Below, piece by piece: positions 1-13,715 of a DNA stretch of 64,000 nucleotides. Within the stretch, counting starts at the first letter, position 1; every line of letters begins with the position of its first letter. A model generated the notes under the pieces. It made no database searches, was not told the DNA's origin, and saw only the letters and a list, made by a program, of their open reading frames with translations. Origin of the DNA: Squalus acanthias (Eukaryota); contig CM059432.1 of assembly GCA_030390025.1 (NCBI GenBank), positions 98,892,001 to 98,956,000 on the forward strand, written 5' to 3'. A program made the position numbers and the translations under genes.

Positions 1-215
1 TAAACATTTTTTAGCACTGGATCCAGGTCCTTGGGACCACACCTGTGACCATGACGGAGTTAGCTATCTCCTCCCAGAGCATTCTGCAAGTGCCCTTGGA
101 TGGCTTCCTTCCAGCCTGCGGGAACAGTACTGCCTGCCTTCTTTAAATGGCCACAAACAAGGCCTCCAATGCAGCATCCGAGAACCTTTGTGCTTGCTCC
201 CTAGGTTGCTGAGCC
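1..215 (-). pseudogene. Harbinger-type Myb/SANT-like (ORF2) N-terminal fragment, cut by the window edge
   Basis: The reverse strand reads approximately AQRFSDAALEAL...RRQAVLFPQ...WEEIANSV...RTWIQC, the same motif series as the Myb-like genes at 596, 32300 and 38261; it contains stops. Confidence 0.7.
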
Positions 216-595
216 AAGTCTTCAGCCTGACTGACAATGAGGTGCTGCTGCAACAAAGCAGCTCCACTTTAAGTAGTGCAGAGAGCCCAGATGAAACTGG
301 CCATTAGACTGCACTCGATATTGGCCCACCTGTTCAGCGCTAAGCCAGTCAGCAGCACGTTTAGCGCTGAGATCAGCGCCCCAATCATTATAATAAGCAG
401 GCAGCACGAATTTTGCATGTTACCTGGACCACTTTCAACGGACACAGGCAAATAGCGCTTGCCCTTGACACCGCCTGTTTTCGGGCCTAATCCAACTTCT
501 CGGCCTTTTTATCTCCAAGCTGAGCAACGGGTGGGATGCACATTTGCATTGTGTTTAAAAAGACAATTCACAAAGGAAAATTGGAGGTGTTCAGG

Positions 596-2392
596 ATGGA
601 TGGTGGACACAGCAAGGGTAGCACTCAGACTCAATGACACCTCACTGGAATTACTGCTGGGTGCAGTCAGGAGGGACATACTTTTCCCCAGCAATGGAAG
701 TAATAAACCTGCGGCTCTCACCAAGAAGGCGTGGTTGGAGGTAGCTGAGGAGGTGAGCAGCAGAAGCGTTCTGCCCGGGTCATAGATGCAATGTAGGAAG
801 TGGTTTAATGACCTAACCAGGTCAGGAAAAGTGGATACATTTGCTGATTCAACTGCATCCTGTGATTTAAGCACCCCCCCCTGCCCCACCCCTTTCACTC
901 TGTCTTGCTAAGCGTACCACATCACATCACATCACTCCTCATACCCATTTAAGTTTCAGCAGCACCCAGACTTCACTTTCTATGCAGTTATCCATCCACC
1001 GTTGCCACTCACCCCATTCCTTATGCAATGTGATGCATCTGCCTCATAGTCACCCTTACCGAATGCATTGTATCCATCGGGCAAATACCTCACCTTCACT
1101 TACTCACAGGCCTGTCTTTTTGCCCCTTGTGAGAGAAGAGAGTGCACAGCACAAGGGAGAGGGAACAGACTGGAGGTGCCCCACCACAAATAGTGCAGCT
1201 CACTGATGCAGAGGATGAGATAAGTAACACATTCCATCCCTCTCAGTCAGAAATGGAGAGACAGGGAGCTCGCAGATAGCTGGCGACTGAATTAGAAATA
1301 TCTCTAACCCACATATGCTGACTTTATTTCATCAATGAATGAACTATGAGAAGACTGAGTATGGTGATTGTTAAGATTGTGACTTTGCCACGACTAAATC
1401 ACATCACTTTTTTTTTGTCTTTGAGGGCCTTCACGCATTCAACAAGTGTTGCAGGACATCCATGAGGATGATTCCTCAGAGAACCTCATTCTTTCTGAGG
1501 ATGCACCCTCACAGCATGTACAGCCATGCACCAGCACAAATACTCGCACTTTGGTGGGTTCACTTAGGCAGTTATTTGGGTTTTCACCTGGTGATTCACA
1601 ACTCACAAGTGAGCAGGAGCAGACACTGGTGGCAGGGACAGCTGCGGAGAGTCTGTGTTGGGAGGCAAAATCCTCTCCAACCTCTGCTCAGCTGGACACA
1701 GATGCTAAACTCCCGGGGCCTATCATTGAGAAGGAGAATGCTAGAGGTACATTAGCAATTTTGCGAGGTACTGACAGACGTGCCATGCACACTCTCCACA
1801 ATCGTGGAGAGGGTGGAGGAGTCCAACTCAATCGCTGGTTGGTTGGTGGCGCGGGGAATTGCGAGAATGTCTGAAAGAGTGGCCACCTCCATGGAACTTC
1901 AAGCACAGCTCTCAAATGAGTCCATGCAGGCCATGACCGCAGCCATGCAGAATTTGGATGCCAACTTGTCGGCTGCCTCAAACAGGATGACAGATACCTT
2001 ATCCATGCCCTTACAACGCGTCACTGATCTTCACCAAGCGGGTCTGCAGCAGAGTGGTAGAAGTGATGTGATGCTGGCTCAGGAGAGGAATGATGGCAAA
2101 AGGAGACATGGAAGTGGGAACTCCACTCAAAGCGCAGCCCGCTTCTCATCCATTGCCCCCCACCCCAGCCAGTACCCGACAAGCTGCATCATCTCCCGAT
2201 AGCCGAGTCTGCCCCCGCACAGTCAAGGTGGAGCAGTCTTTGGCGGGGCCCTCGGGCTCCAAAATCCAGAGGGAGCCAAAAGCATCTCAGCAGTCTAGGC
2301 AGGAATCTGAGCAGCCTGCCTCTAACTTTGCTGAAGCCACACAGGATGCACCACATAGAAGCGGTAGGAAGCATATGTTCAAGAAATTATAA
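596..2392 (+). pseudogene. Harbinger Myb/SANT-like DNA-binding protein gene (multi-exon, decayed)
   Basis: LELLLGAVRRDILFP...KKAWLEVAEEVSSRS then (W)MQCRKWFNDL. The downstream coiled-coil exon (VERVEESNS...MERVATSME) is homologous to 33269-34234. Stops and frameshifts present. Confidence 0.8.
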
Positions 2393-2699
2393 ATCACCAA
2401 GGGTACGCATATGGGTGATTGACAAAATGTTACGTTTTTAAGTTTCCTTTTTTTTATAATGCCATATAAAATTTATTGATTACCACCACTTCCACATCTT
2501 ACCCAGTATTGCATCCTTAGTGTCAACTCGCCCTTTCACTTGTTTCATGATTAATGTCAATACATGACGGGACCCATTGGGCGGATGTGCAATGTGTGGA
2601 TGAGTGGTTGAAGGACTGTTTAATGCAAAGGGGAGGGGGTGGGGTTGTTGGTGCTGGTGTTGGGAGCAGATCGCGGGATTTTGTTTCTTATGTTTTACA

Positions 2700-4624
2700 C
2701 TAGGTGAACCTTCGTGATATTAGGGCATCCTGGGCAGCAATGTAAGTGGTTGGTCTGGTGATGGGTGCCCCATCTTCATCCTCCTCCTCCTCCTCCTCCT
2801 CCTTTATGTTCTCCTCAGCTGAAGATGATTGATGAGCCCTTTCGTCCTCCTCCACCTGCAATTCTCTCTGCTGCACAATGTTGTACAGGACGCAGCACAC
2901 CACTATATTTCTGGAAACCCTCACTGGCGAGTACTGAAGGGCGCCTCCAGACCTAGCGAGGCACCTGAAGTGCATCTTCAATATTCTGGTGGCTTGCTCG
3001 ATAACACATCTGGTGGTCATGTGGCTCTGGTTGTAGCGCTCCTGCGCATCATTAGTGGAGTTCCTCACAGGTATCATCAGACAAATTTTCAAGTGGGTAT
3101 CCCTTTTCTCGTATGAGCCAGCCCTTAAGTCTGTTTCCTGGAACAAAAATGTCTGGAATGTTGGACTGCTATAGTTTGAATGCATCATGACAGCTCCCAG
3201 GCAATCTGGCATAGACCTGCATGAACCTTCTTTTGTGATTGCACATCAGCTCCGCTTGATGGATGAATATCCCTTGCGTTTGTAAAAATTCCCGGTTGCT
3301 GTGGTGGTGCTCGGATTGCCAATTTCTGTGGGAAGCCAGCCAGGGAGGTGAATGCGAGTGCCTGCTCATTCTGGCTATTGTCATCACAAGTGAAATTTAA
3401 ATAATTGCCAGCCCTGGCAAACACTCCATCAGTGACCTGCCTTCTGCATTTATGTTCAGTGGACTGCGAGACCCTCGATATGTCTCTGGTAGAACCCTGG
3501 AAGGAACCAGAGGCAAAAACATTGATGGCGGTGGTGACCTTCACAGCCACTGGTAATGCATGGTCACCAGGTCCAGCAGGTAGCAGGTCTTCTTCTAGGA
3601 GGCTGCAGATGTCTGCCACCACCTGAGGCGACGACCTCAGCATGTGGAAACACTGCTTTTCCCAGAAGTCAAGGAAGCTCAGCCTCTGTCTGTAAACCCT
3701 ATGACATGGATAGTGCCTCCTGCAACCTCGGCCCCTCTCCCCTGTGCACCTCCCTCCAGTGCACCTCCCTCCAGTACACCTCCCTCCACTGCACCTCCTT
3801 CCAGTGCACCTCTCTCAAGTGCACCTCTCTCCAGTGCACCTCCCTCCAGTGCACCTCCCTCCTGTGCATCTCCCTCCAGTGCACCTCTGTCCACTGCACC
3901 TCCCTCCAGTGCACCTCCCTCCAGTGCACCTCCCTCCACTGCACCTCTCTCCAGTGCACCTCCCTCCAGTGCACCTCCCTCCAGTGCACCTCTCTCCACT
4001 GCACCTCCCTCCAGTGCACCTCTCTCCAGTGCACCTCTCTCCAGTGCACCTCCCTCCAGTGCACCTCTCTCCACTGCACCTCTCTCCACTGCACCTCTCT
4101 CCAGTGCACCTCCCTCCAGTGCACCTCTCTCCAGTGCACCTCTCTCCAGTGCATCTTCCTCCAGTGCACCTCTCTCCAGTGCACCTCCCTCCAGCGCACC
4201 TCTCTCCAGTGCACCTCTCTCCAGTGCACCTCTCTCCAGTGCACCTCTCTCCAGTGCACCTCCCTCCAGTGCACCTCTCTCCAGTGCACCTCCCTCCAGT
4301 GCACCTCTCTCCACTGCACCTCTCTCCAGTGCACCTCTCTCCAGTGCACCTCCCTCCAGCGCACCTCTCTCCAGTGCACCTCTCTCCAGTGCACCTCCCT
4401 CCAGTGCATCTCCCTCCAGTGCATCCTCCCTCCAGTGCACCTCTCTCCAGTGCACCTCCCTCCAGTGCACCTCCCTCCAGTGCACCTCTCTCCAGTGCAC
4501 CTCCCTCCTGTGCACCTTGCTCCAGTGCACGTGCTGATCCCACCACAGCACATTGTCGCTGCCGTGGATGGTGATGGTCTTCCTCTTTTGATGCACTGTC
4601 AAACACATCCAAGGTGCCTCCCAT
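2700..4624 (-). pseudogene. Harbinger (HARBI1-like) DDE transposase, frameshifted, with N-terminal minisatellite
   Basis: VKVTTAINVFASGSFQ; VYARLPGSCHDAF; YNQSHMTTRCVIEQATRILKMHFRCL...GGALQYSP...IVVCCVLYNI; acidic tail. Probable start MGGTLD at 4624. Confidence 0.9.
3744..4530. repeat. 15-bp minisatellite (TGCACCTCYCTCCAG)n, about 52 copies
   Basis: Directly visible; one 1-bp insertion near 4426. Confidence 0.97.
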
Positions 4625-5139
4625 CCTGATCTTGTCAGTTTGAAAGCCTTCAAGGTTGAAAAAAGCTGTATCCGCACAAGAAATCTCTGCCAAACATTGC
4701 CAGAGTAAACTGAGACACAGGCTGCAATAAGTGAGCTTTTATTCAGATGAGGCAACGATAATTTGAAATACCCACCTGAACTGCGGCTTAACCTCGCCTC
4801 TGTTTCACTCATCAGTTTCCCGAGCTTGGGAAACCTGTGCTGCACACATTAAATTTAGAGCGAATTTAAAATCAATTTACAAACACTTCATTAACGTTTC
4901 CTAAGGACATTAATTGCACCAATAACTACCTGCCTGCCTGCAATAATTAAATCCCCGACTTCGGCGAGTGGGTTTCTCGCCAGCATCCAAACACGACTCT
5001 GTGGGAGCGTTAGAGTCGGGTTGCAGTCCCTATTGAGAATTCATTCATTTTAACTGCCCCCCCCCCCCCCCACCCACTGGTTCTTGGGGGTTAAAACTGC
5101 TTCATTTTTTCCTGTATCAGCTTATTATATCCTAAAGAA

Positions 5140-5400
5140 AAATAAAGACTTGCATTTATATAGCACCTGTCCCAAAGCGCTTTACAACCAATAAGTACTT
5201 TTTGGAGTGTAGTCACTGTTGTAATGTGGGAAATGCAGCAGCCAATTTGGGCACAGCAAGCTCCCACAAGCAGCAATGTGATAATAACCAGATAATCTGT
5301 TTTAGTGATGTTGATTGAGGGATAAATATTGGCCAGGACACCGGGGATAAGTCCCCTGCTCTTCTTCGAAATAGTGCTATGGGACCTTTTACGTCTACCT
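5140..5400 (-). mobile_element. Deu-domain-type SINE, 3' portion
   Basis: Reverse complement of the 3' half of the SINE at 59240-59685 (TTCGAAGAAGAGCAGGGGA core and GCTATATAAATGCAAG tail). Confidence 0.75.
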
Positions 5401-6281
5401 TAGGAATGAAATTGGACCTTTTGTTCGAACAAGTCATTAGATTTTTTTGTTTCAATTTCCTGCTTTTAATCTATTAATCTCTGTGGAGCTATGCAGGGAT
5501 TTAAATAGAAAAATCAGATCTAATTGGTTGATACTGATACCCTCCAATTCCAGTGAAAGAAGCTGTTTTTTCTTGTAAAACACTGACCACCTGACAAATG
5601 GGTTAAAATGTCAAATGTCAATTAAAATGCTGATGGTTGGCATGAACAAAGGCTGTTAATTCAATCAAGTGCATAAACCTTGGAACTTTTGATCTTTGAA
5701 CTTTTAAGTAAATGAAACCAGCAATTCAAAAAATTGCCAGAGCTTACCGGTCTGATTTGCAAGTCATGCCCTTCTGGAACACACTACCCTTTTTGTGTGG
5801 CCAATTTCATAATGTTTAAAACATCCAACTACTTCCACCAAATACCTTTTCCCATTATTTGCATATGTTGGGTTTCACCAAAGAAATGTCCTGAATGGCA
5901 ATGTGACTTCTAATAAAGATGGTTAAGTAGCAGAGGTGATAGGGTTCAATTTGTATTCCTAGATTAAGAGTTGGGAGAGAAGTATATTTGACACAATCAC
6001 TGCTGTGAGACAAGAATGAAATGTTTGACTGTATCTTCAGACCCCGGCTTCATAACAAACCTCTCCAGTGCCTCAAGCAAATACTTCCACTCGACCTATT
6101 AATGAGAACTCACCAACCCTAACGGATTTGCTGTCAACATTTTTCAATCAGCTGGTAGGGATTGTTAGCAGTGGGTTAGAAGAGGTTTCCTTGGCTGCTT
6201 GCGTTGGCATCATTGTAAGCATAACGAGAAGAATTCCTCTGTTTACTTTGTAAACAAATGCCTAGAATTTATGTGGGGATT

Positions 6282-7400
6282 CAACAACAACAACAACTTG
6301 TATTTATATAGCGCCTTTAACATAGTAAAACGTCCGAAGGCGCTTCACAGGAGTATTATAAGACAAAAATTTGACACTGAGCCACATAAGGAGAAATTAG
6401 GGCAGGTGACCAAAAGCTTGGTCAAAGAGGTAAGTTTTAAGGAGCATCTTAAAGGAGGAAAGAAAGATAGAGAGGCAGAGAAGTTTAGGCAGGGAATTAC
6501 ACAGCTTCAAGCCTAGGCAACAGAAGGCATGGCCACCAATAGTTGCCCGATTATAATCAGGGATGCTCAAGAGGGCAGAAATAGAGGAGCGCAGATATCT
6601 CGAGTGGTTGTGGGGCTGGAGGAGATTACAGAGATAGGGAGGGACTAGGGATTTGAAAACAAGGATGAGAATTTTGAAATCGAGGCGTTTCTTAACCGGG
6701 AGCCAATGTAGGTCAGCGAGCACAGGGGTGATGGGTGAACAGGACTTGGTGTGAGTTAGGACACGGGCAGCCGAGTTTTGGATGACCTCAAGTTTACGTA
6801 GGGTAGAATGTGGGAGGCCAACCAGGAGTGCGTTTCAATAGTCAAGTCTAGAGGTAACAAAGGCATGGATGAGGGTTTCAGCAGCAGATAAGCTGAGGCA
6901 AGGGCGGAGACGGGTGATGTTCCGGAGGTGGAAATAGGCGGTCTTAGTTATGCTGCGGATATGTGGTCGGAAGCTCATTTCAGGGTCAAATATGATACCA
7001 AGGTTGCGAACAGTCTGGTTCAGCCTCAGACAGATGTTAGGGAGAGGGATGGAGTCAGTGGCTAGAGAACGGAGTTTGTGGCGGGGACCGAAAACAATGG
7101 CTTCGGTCTTCCCAATATTTAAATGGAGAAAATTTCTGCTCATCCAGAACTGGATGTCGGACAAGCAGTCTGACAATTTAGAGACTGTGGAGGGATCGAG
7201 AGAAGTGGTGGTGAGGTAGAGCTGGGTGTCATCAGTGTACATGTGGAAACTGACCTGTGTTTTCAGATGATGTCGCCAAGGGGCAGCAAGTAGATAAGAA
7301 TTAGGAGGAGCCAAGGATAGATCCTTGGGGGACACAAGAAGTAACAATGCGGGAGCGGGAAAAGAAGCCGTTGCATGTGATTCTCTGGCTATGATTAGAT
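6282..7400 (-). mobile_element. L2 LINE 3' fragment (RT C-terminus, (TTG)n tail)
   Basis: YTDDTQLY, LNIGKTEAIVFG, ETLIHAFVTSRLDY, LHWLPV motifs; CAACAACAAC tail. Confidence 0.9.
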
Positions 7401-8005
7401 ATGGGATCCTTGGCTTTATAAATAGAGGCATAGATTACAAAAACAAGGAAGTTATAAACCACTGATTAGGCCCCAGCTAGAGTATTGTGTCCAATTCTGT
7501 GCACTCAAGGCCTTAGAGAAGGTATAGAGGAGATTTACTAGAACGGTACCAGGGATGTGGGAGTTAAGTTACATGGAGAGACTAGAAAAGCTGGGGTTGT
7601 TCTCCTTACAGCTGAGAAGGTTAAGAGGAGATTTAATTTAGGTATTTAAAATTATGAAGGGTTTTGATAGAGTAAATACAGAGAAACTGTTTCCAGTGGC
7701 AGAAAGGTCGGTAACCAGAGGACACAGATTTAAGATAATTGACATAAGAACCAGATGCGAGATGAGGATAATTTTTTTTTACGCAGAGAGCTATGATCTG
7801 AATGCACTGCCTGAAAGGGTGGTGGAAGCAGATTCAATAATTACTTTCAAAAGGGAATTGGATAAATACTTGACGGGAAAAAATTTACAGGGCTATGGGT
7901 AAAGGGCAGGGGAATGGGACTAATTGGATAGCTTTACTGAAGAGCCGGTACAGGCACAATAGGCCAAATGGCCTCCTTCTGTGCTGTATCATTCTATGAT
8001 TCTGT
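7400..8005 (+). mobile_element. CR1 LINE 3' end
   Basis: KGFDRVNTEKLFP...TRGHRFK; 3' UTR ending ATGGCCTCCTTCTGTGCTGTATCATTCTATGATTCT. Confidence 0.88.
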
Positions 8006-8230
8006 ATGAATCCTCTGAGTTGCAGGTCAGGAGCAAGGCCTGCCATAAAAAAAAGAGTGCAGGCTTTCTGCAGGTAGCATTCCTGCAATATAACGGTGGG
8101 AACGGTGAATGGCAATTGTCTGGAGAATATTGACAAGATGTTTTACTGTTTTGCTGCTAAAGATTTTTGTTTCTTGTTTGGTGTTGAACACCTTAAAAAC
8201 CTGAATCCTTCCTGTGGGAGAAGCTTGTAG

Positions 8231-8725
8231 TTGCAGAATACTAAGGAGGTTCCTTTTGTAATCCCACTGTACCTAGCTTGGAGGAGGGGTAGGGGGATGA
8301 TGAAGAGGAGGAAGAAGAACACTTGGATGCTAGGTTGGTTGGGTAGCACATCAGGAGGAGGGCACCTAAGTCCAAGGATTTACTGTATCTGTAGAACATT
8401 TTTAGACCTTACAAAGGAACAGTGCCTTCAAAGACTTTGTTTCATCAGGGAGGTGGTGAGGTTAATTTGTGCCTTGCTGAAGGACAACCTTATGACCCAA
8501 TCCACAATAAGAATGCTCCATTCTCTTGCAACAATCTTTACCACTGCATTGAACTTCTTTGCATTGAGGTCATTTCAGGCTGGCATAGGTGACATATTGA
8601 ACATCTGTCAGTCATCAGTGCATCCAACAAGTACAGATGCCTTGTTTGCAAGAGCCAACATGATGTTAACTTTCCTATGGAAGCCAGGGATGTCCAAACT
8701 AGAGCTCTTGGATTCAACTGAGTAA
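8231..8725 (+). pseudogene. Old Harbinger transposase N-terminal fragment
   Basis: TFLDLTKEQCLQRL...ICALLKDNL...TTALNFFA..SFQ, homologous to 3185-3700. Confidence 0.75.
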
Positions 8726-9189
8726 TGAAATTTCTGGCAAATTTCTTCTCCCTAATCACTAGATAAATGATAACACGGAATGAATGTGGGTCACATATCA
8801 AGCAATGAAGGCAATACAGCCACTTTAAGGTGACATGGGCCTTTAAGGTCTGAACTACAACTTCCATTTTCCTGGGGATCCCGGGCGTGCACCCAATAGC
8901 TGCATAAAACACATGCGCTGCAGCACATGCAGTTCATGCAAATTTTTGACAGGGGCTATGAAATTGGTGAGAGCACTTCCAGCATGCAACACTGCTGTCA
9001 CATTCAGTTGCACCCTCCCCAGCAAAATTGATGCTAAAATTTCCAACTGATGGGGAAAATTTCCTCTGGTTATTTGTGTTAGTGATATAATAAGCCAGTC
9101 ACACCATTTGTCTGGGGTTTCTGCTGATCTTCCACCAAAGTTACAGCAAAAGATATGAAGAACCCACTAGTTACTACGTTTAACCAGGC

Positions 9190-11512
9190 CTATGTAACCT
9201 GAGCTTCACCCCTGTGTCCATTCACATGCGCAATTTGGCTGCCACTCTGGACCCGAGCCTTTCAATACTTTTCCACTTTTTCTCCCCCTTTTCCTTTTCT
9301 CTCAATCCCTCCTTGACCGCTCTCTCCTGTCGTCGTGCCTCCTTTCATCTCTCCTCTTTCGGATACACTGCCCTCCCAAATCCCTACCCTAATCCTTCAT
9401 TACTCTTCGACCTTCCTACTCTCCTGCCACCATCCCAGGCTTGACTCCCTCTTAGATAAGCCTGCAGCTTCCTTCTGTGTCTCTCTTGGCATCCTCCGAA
9501 GGGCCCATCGAGGCACTCATCACTGCAGCTTTACGAGCAGCAATCCCAACTGTCCCGTCCTACTCTCTTGCCGACCATCCCACCCAGTGCGCCTGCAGGG
9601 GTTAATCTTGTCAATCTCCTCCCTGTCCAACTCATCCCCCCCAGCGCTGACCCTGTGGATGCTGGCAGTGGGTCAGCCATCACCAACCCTCTCCGAATCT
9701 CCCTCCAGAATGTCCGTTCACTTGCGAACAACGTCCTTGCCATCCATGAGCTTATCGTGGCTGATTGCATCGACATCATGGCCCTGACAGAAACTTGGTT
9801 GAGGGGTGATGAAACCTTTCCCATAAATGAAGCCTCCCCACCTGGCGATACCTTCTACCACTTGCCCCACTCAGACTCCAGTGGTGGCGGTGTGGCTCTC
9901 ATCACCAAATCACACCTTGGTCTGTCCCCCTTTCTCCTCGTTTGAGCATCTCACCTTATTCCACCTCTCTGACCTCTCTTTTAAAATTCTCATTCTCTAC
10001 TACCCACCCAAGTACCATAAAAATTTTATTACAGAGATATCTTCACTGCTTTCCTCCCTCAGCCTCTGCACTGAACGACTTCTCATCCTCGGTGATTTCA
10101 ACCTCTATCACAATTCATCATGCTCTCTCTCCTCGGCGTTCACTAGCTCTCTCTTAATCTCTCCCTCCTTGTAAACACCCCAACCCATATTCATGGCCAC
10201 CCCCTTGACCTTGCCATCTCTCGGGGCCTCACTCCTCCCATCGTGTCAATCGCAGATAAGGCCGTCTCTGACTACTTCCTCTTATCGCTCTCCACCCACA
10301 TCCCCCTTCCACCCCCCACCCAACCCCTCCCCAACACTACTTCCTTCTGTATCCGCCCCTGGAAAAAACTCTCTCCCAACTCTATTACAGCTGCACTTAT
10401 GAAATCCCAACTGTCAGCCTTTGGCCCTCCATTCACCACAACATTTCTGCAGCTACTGATCTGCTCAACCACACCCTCACCACCACTTTTGATACCCTTG
10501 TCCCTATTAAAACAATTACTCTCTCTCACTCTGGCCATTCCTCCTGGTACGGCCCTCATCTTCGCTCCCTTATGTCCAAGGGATGCAGACTTGAATGGAT
10601 ATGGTGGACAACTGGTTTAGCCATTCAACGACAGATCTGGCTGGACTACATAAAGCATTATCGGGTCCTGTTCTCGTCTGCCAAAATTGCTCACTATTCC
10701 AGAATCATTCTGGAATGCAAAGATAAATCCCGGCATCTATTCTCCACTGCCAACCATTTCTTAAACTCCTCTCCCCTGTCTCCTCCACCCTCACCTCCGA
10801 CAACAAGTGTGAGTAGCTCATGGACTTCTTTGTCTCTAAGATTGAGACCATCCGTTCAGCTGCCTCTGCCACTTCCCTTCCTTCCCCTAGCCCACCGGGC
10901 CAAACTTCCTCTAAGGTTCCCTCCTGCCCTAGCCCTGAACTCACATCTTTCTCCAGTTTCTCTTTGATCTCCCCTCATGACCTCTCCGCGCTCATCCTGT
11001 CCATGAGACCCACTTCTTGCTCCCTCGACCCTATTCCCACCAAACTGCTGACCACCCAACTTCCTTTTCTGGCTCCCATGTTAGCTGACATTGTTAACGA
11101 TTCTCTTGCCTCAGGTACTGTCCCCTCTCCCTGAAATCTGCCATCATCACCCCTCTCCTCAAAAAAGCAACCCTTGACCCCTCCATCCTTGCAAACTACT
11201 GCCGCATCTCCAACATCCCTTTCCTCTCCAAAGTCCTTGAATGTGTTGTCACCTCCCAAATATGTGCCCATCTTTCCCACAACTCCATGTTTGAATCCCT
11301 CCAATCAGGTTTCCGCCCCGCCACAGTACCGAAACGGCTCTCATCAAAGTCACAAATGACATCCTTTGTAACTGTGACAAAGGTAAACTATCCCTCCTCA
11401 TTCTTCTTGACTTGTCTGCAGCCTTTGATACCATTGACCACTCCATCCTTCTCCAACGTCTCTCCACCGTCATCCAGCTGGGTGGGACTGCACTCGCCTG
11501 GTTCCATTCTTA
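9190..11512 (+). mobile_element. L2 LINE, APE endonuclease plus RT N-terminal half (decayed)
   Basis: LQNVRSL...[44 protein letters not shown](I)DH. Confidence 0.88.
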
Positions 11513-13715
11513 TAGCCTTCTCAACTTGTCCAGCCACCTTCAAAGATTTGTGTATGTACACATTTAGGTCTCTCTGTTCCTGCACCATCTTTAAAATTGT
11601 ACCATTTAGTTTATATTGCCTCTCCTCACTCTTCCTACCAAAATGCATCACTTCACACTTCTCTGAATTAAATTTCATCTGCCATTTCACCAGTATATCT
11701 ATATCTTCCTGAAATCTGTTCCTATCCTCCTCACTGTTTACTACATTACTGAGTTTTGTGTCACCTGCAAACTTTGAAATTATGCCCCGTATACTCAAGT
11801 TCCTATATCCAGTTTGTTAATATATATATGAAAAAGAGCATAAAAATAACTGTTATCCACTACTCTCTGCTTTCTGTCTCATAGCCAATTTCGTATCTAT
11901 GCTGCCATTGCCCCTTTAATCCCATGCGCTTCAATTTTGCTAACAAGTCTATTATGTGATACTTTAACAAATGCCTTTTGAAAGTCCATATACACAACAT
12001 CAACCACATTACCCTCTTCAACCTTTTCCGTTACTTCATCAAAGAACTCAATCAAGTTAGTCAAACACACCTTGCCTGTAACAATTCCATTTTGGTTACC
12101 ATTTTTTAACCCTTATTGTTCCACATGATAATTAATTTTCTCTCGGATTATTGTCCCTAAATGTTTCTCCACCACAGACATTAGGCTGACTGGCCGATAG
12201 TTGTTGAATTTATCCCTCTCCCCTTTCTTGAACAGGGCTATAACATTTGCAATCCTCTAGTACTCTGGTACCGCTCCCATATCTAAGGAGGATTGGAAGA
12301 TTGTGGCCAGAACCTCTGTTATCTCAACACTTACTCCTCTCAGCAACCTAGAATACATCCCTTCCAGACCAGGTGACTTTTCTACTTTGAGCGTTTCCAA
12401 CATTTTAAGCACTTCGCCTCTCATCCTCCTCCGCTCTAAAGAGAAAAGCCCCAACTCCCTCAATCTTTCCTCATAAGACCTCCCCCCCAAACCAGGCAGC
12501 ATCCTGGTAAATCTTCTTTGCACTCTTTCCAATGCTTCCACGTCCTTCCTATAGTGAGGTGACCAGAACTGCACACAATATTCCAAATGTGGTCTCACCA
12601 AGGTCCTGTACAGTTGCAGCATAACCTCACGGTTCTTAAACTCAAACCCTCTGTTAATAAACGCCAACACACCATAGGCCTTCTTTACTGCTCTATCCAC
12701 TTGAGTGGCAACCTTCAGAGATCTGTGGATATGAACCCCCAGATCCCTCTGCTCCTCCACGTTCCTCAGAACCCTGCCGTTGACCCTGTAATCCTTATTC
12801 AAATTTGCCCTACCAAAATGAATCACCTCGCACTTATCAGGGTTAAATTCCATCTGCCATTTTTCGGCCCAGCTCTGCATCCTATCAATGTCTCTTTGCA
12901 GCCGACAACAGCCCTCTTTATCTATTTTTATCCTATCTAATATCTCTACTACCTCCTCCTTTACTGTGACTCATTTTTAATGAAGACAGGTGCAAATTAT
13001 TAATTTAGTCCCTCAGCCATGCCCTCTGCCTCCACATGAAGTTCTCCTTTTTGGCCCATAATCGGTCCATCCTTCCTTTGACTACCGTTTACTCTTTATA
13101 TGTTTAGTAAAGACTTTGGGGTTCCCTTTTATGTTACCCACTAATCTATTCTCATACACTCTCTTTGCCCTTCTTATTTCCTTTTTATTTCTCCAATATA
13201 CATTCTGTATTCAGCTTGGTTCTCTACTGTATTATGAGCCTAATATTTATCATTAGCCTCCTTTCTCTGTTTAATTTTAATTTCTATATCTTTAGTCAAC
13301 CAGGGAGCTCTAGCTTTGGTTGCTATTCCTTTTCCCCTAATGGGAATGTGTCTAGTTTGTACCTGAACCCCTCTTTGAAGGCCTCCCATTGCTCATTTAC
13401 TGTTTTAATTTCAATCTTTGATTCCAATCCACTTGGGCCAGATCCCCTTTCAACTCACTGAATGAGCCCTCCTCCAGTTAAGTATTGTCACATTTGATTG
13501 CTCCTTGTCCTTTTCTGTAGCTGCTCTAAACCTAATGATATTGTGATCACTGTTTCTCAAATGCTCCCCCAGTGAAACATACTCCACTTGCCCCACTTCA
13601 TTCCCCAGAACCAGATCCAGCACTGCTTTCTTCCTCGTTGGGCTGGAAACTTACTGGTCAAGAAAGTTCTCATACACATTTCATGATTTCCTTCTCTCTT
13701 TGCCCTTAACACTGT
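11513..13715 (-). mobile_element. CR1 LINE fragment with a second, younger CR1 piece nested at about 12415-12915
   Basis: ISKFAGDTKL, WQMKFNSEKCEVMHFG. The nested piece encodes WQMEFNPDKC...LVRPHLEYCVQFWSP fused to KSPGLEGMYSRLL. Confidence 0.85.

Larger units (their letters stand above)
400..5100. mobile_element. PIF/Harbinger DNA transposon, degenerate two-gene copy (ends approximate)
   Basis: Convergent Myb/SANT-like gene (+) and DDE transposase (-), the typical Harbinger layout. TIRs and TSD are not cleanly resolved. Confidence 0.8.

Noticed and set aside
2700..3643. Domesticated host HARBI1 gene
   Set aside because: Frameshifted, and paired with a Myb-like gene in transposon configuration.
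3556..4845. Six long overlapping ORFs (276-388 aa)
   Set aside because: Artefacts of a stop-free 15-bp minisatellite.
5745..6253. Possible host exons (splice-like signals on both strands)
   Set aside because: The frames I translated contain stops and show no recognisable protein similarity.
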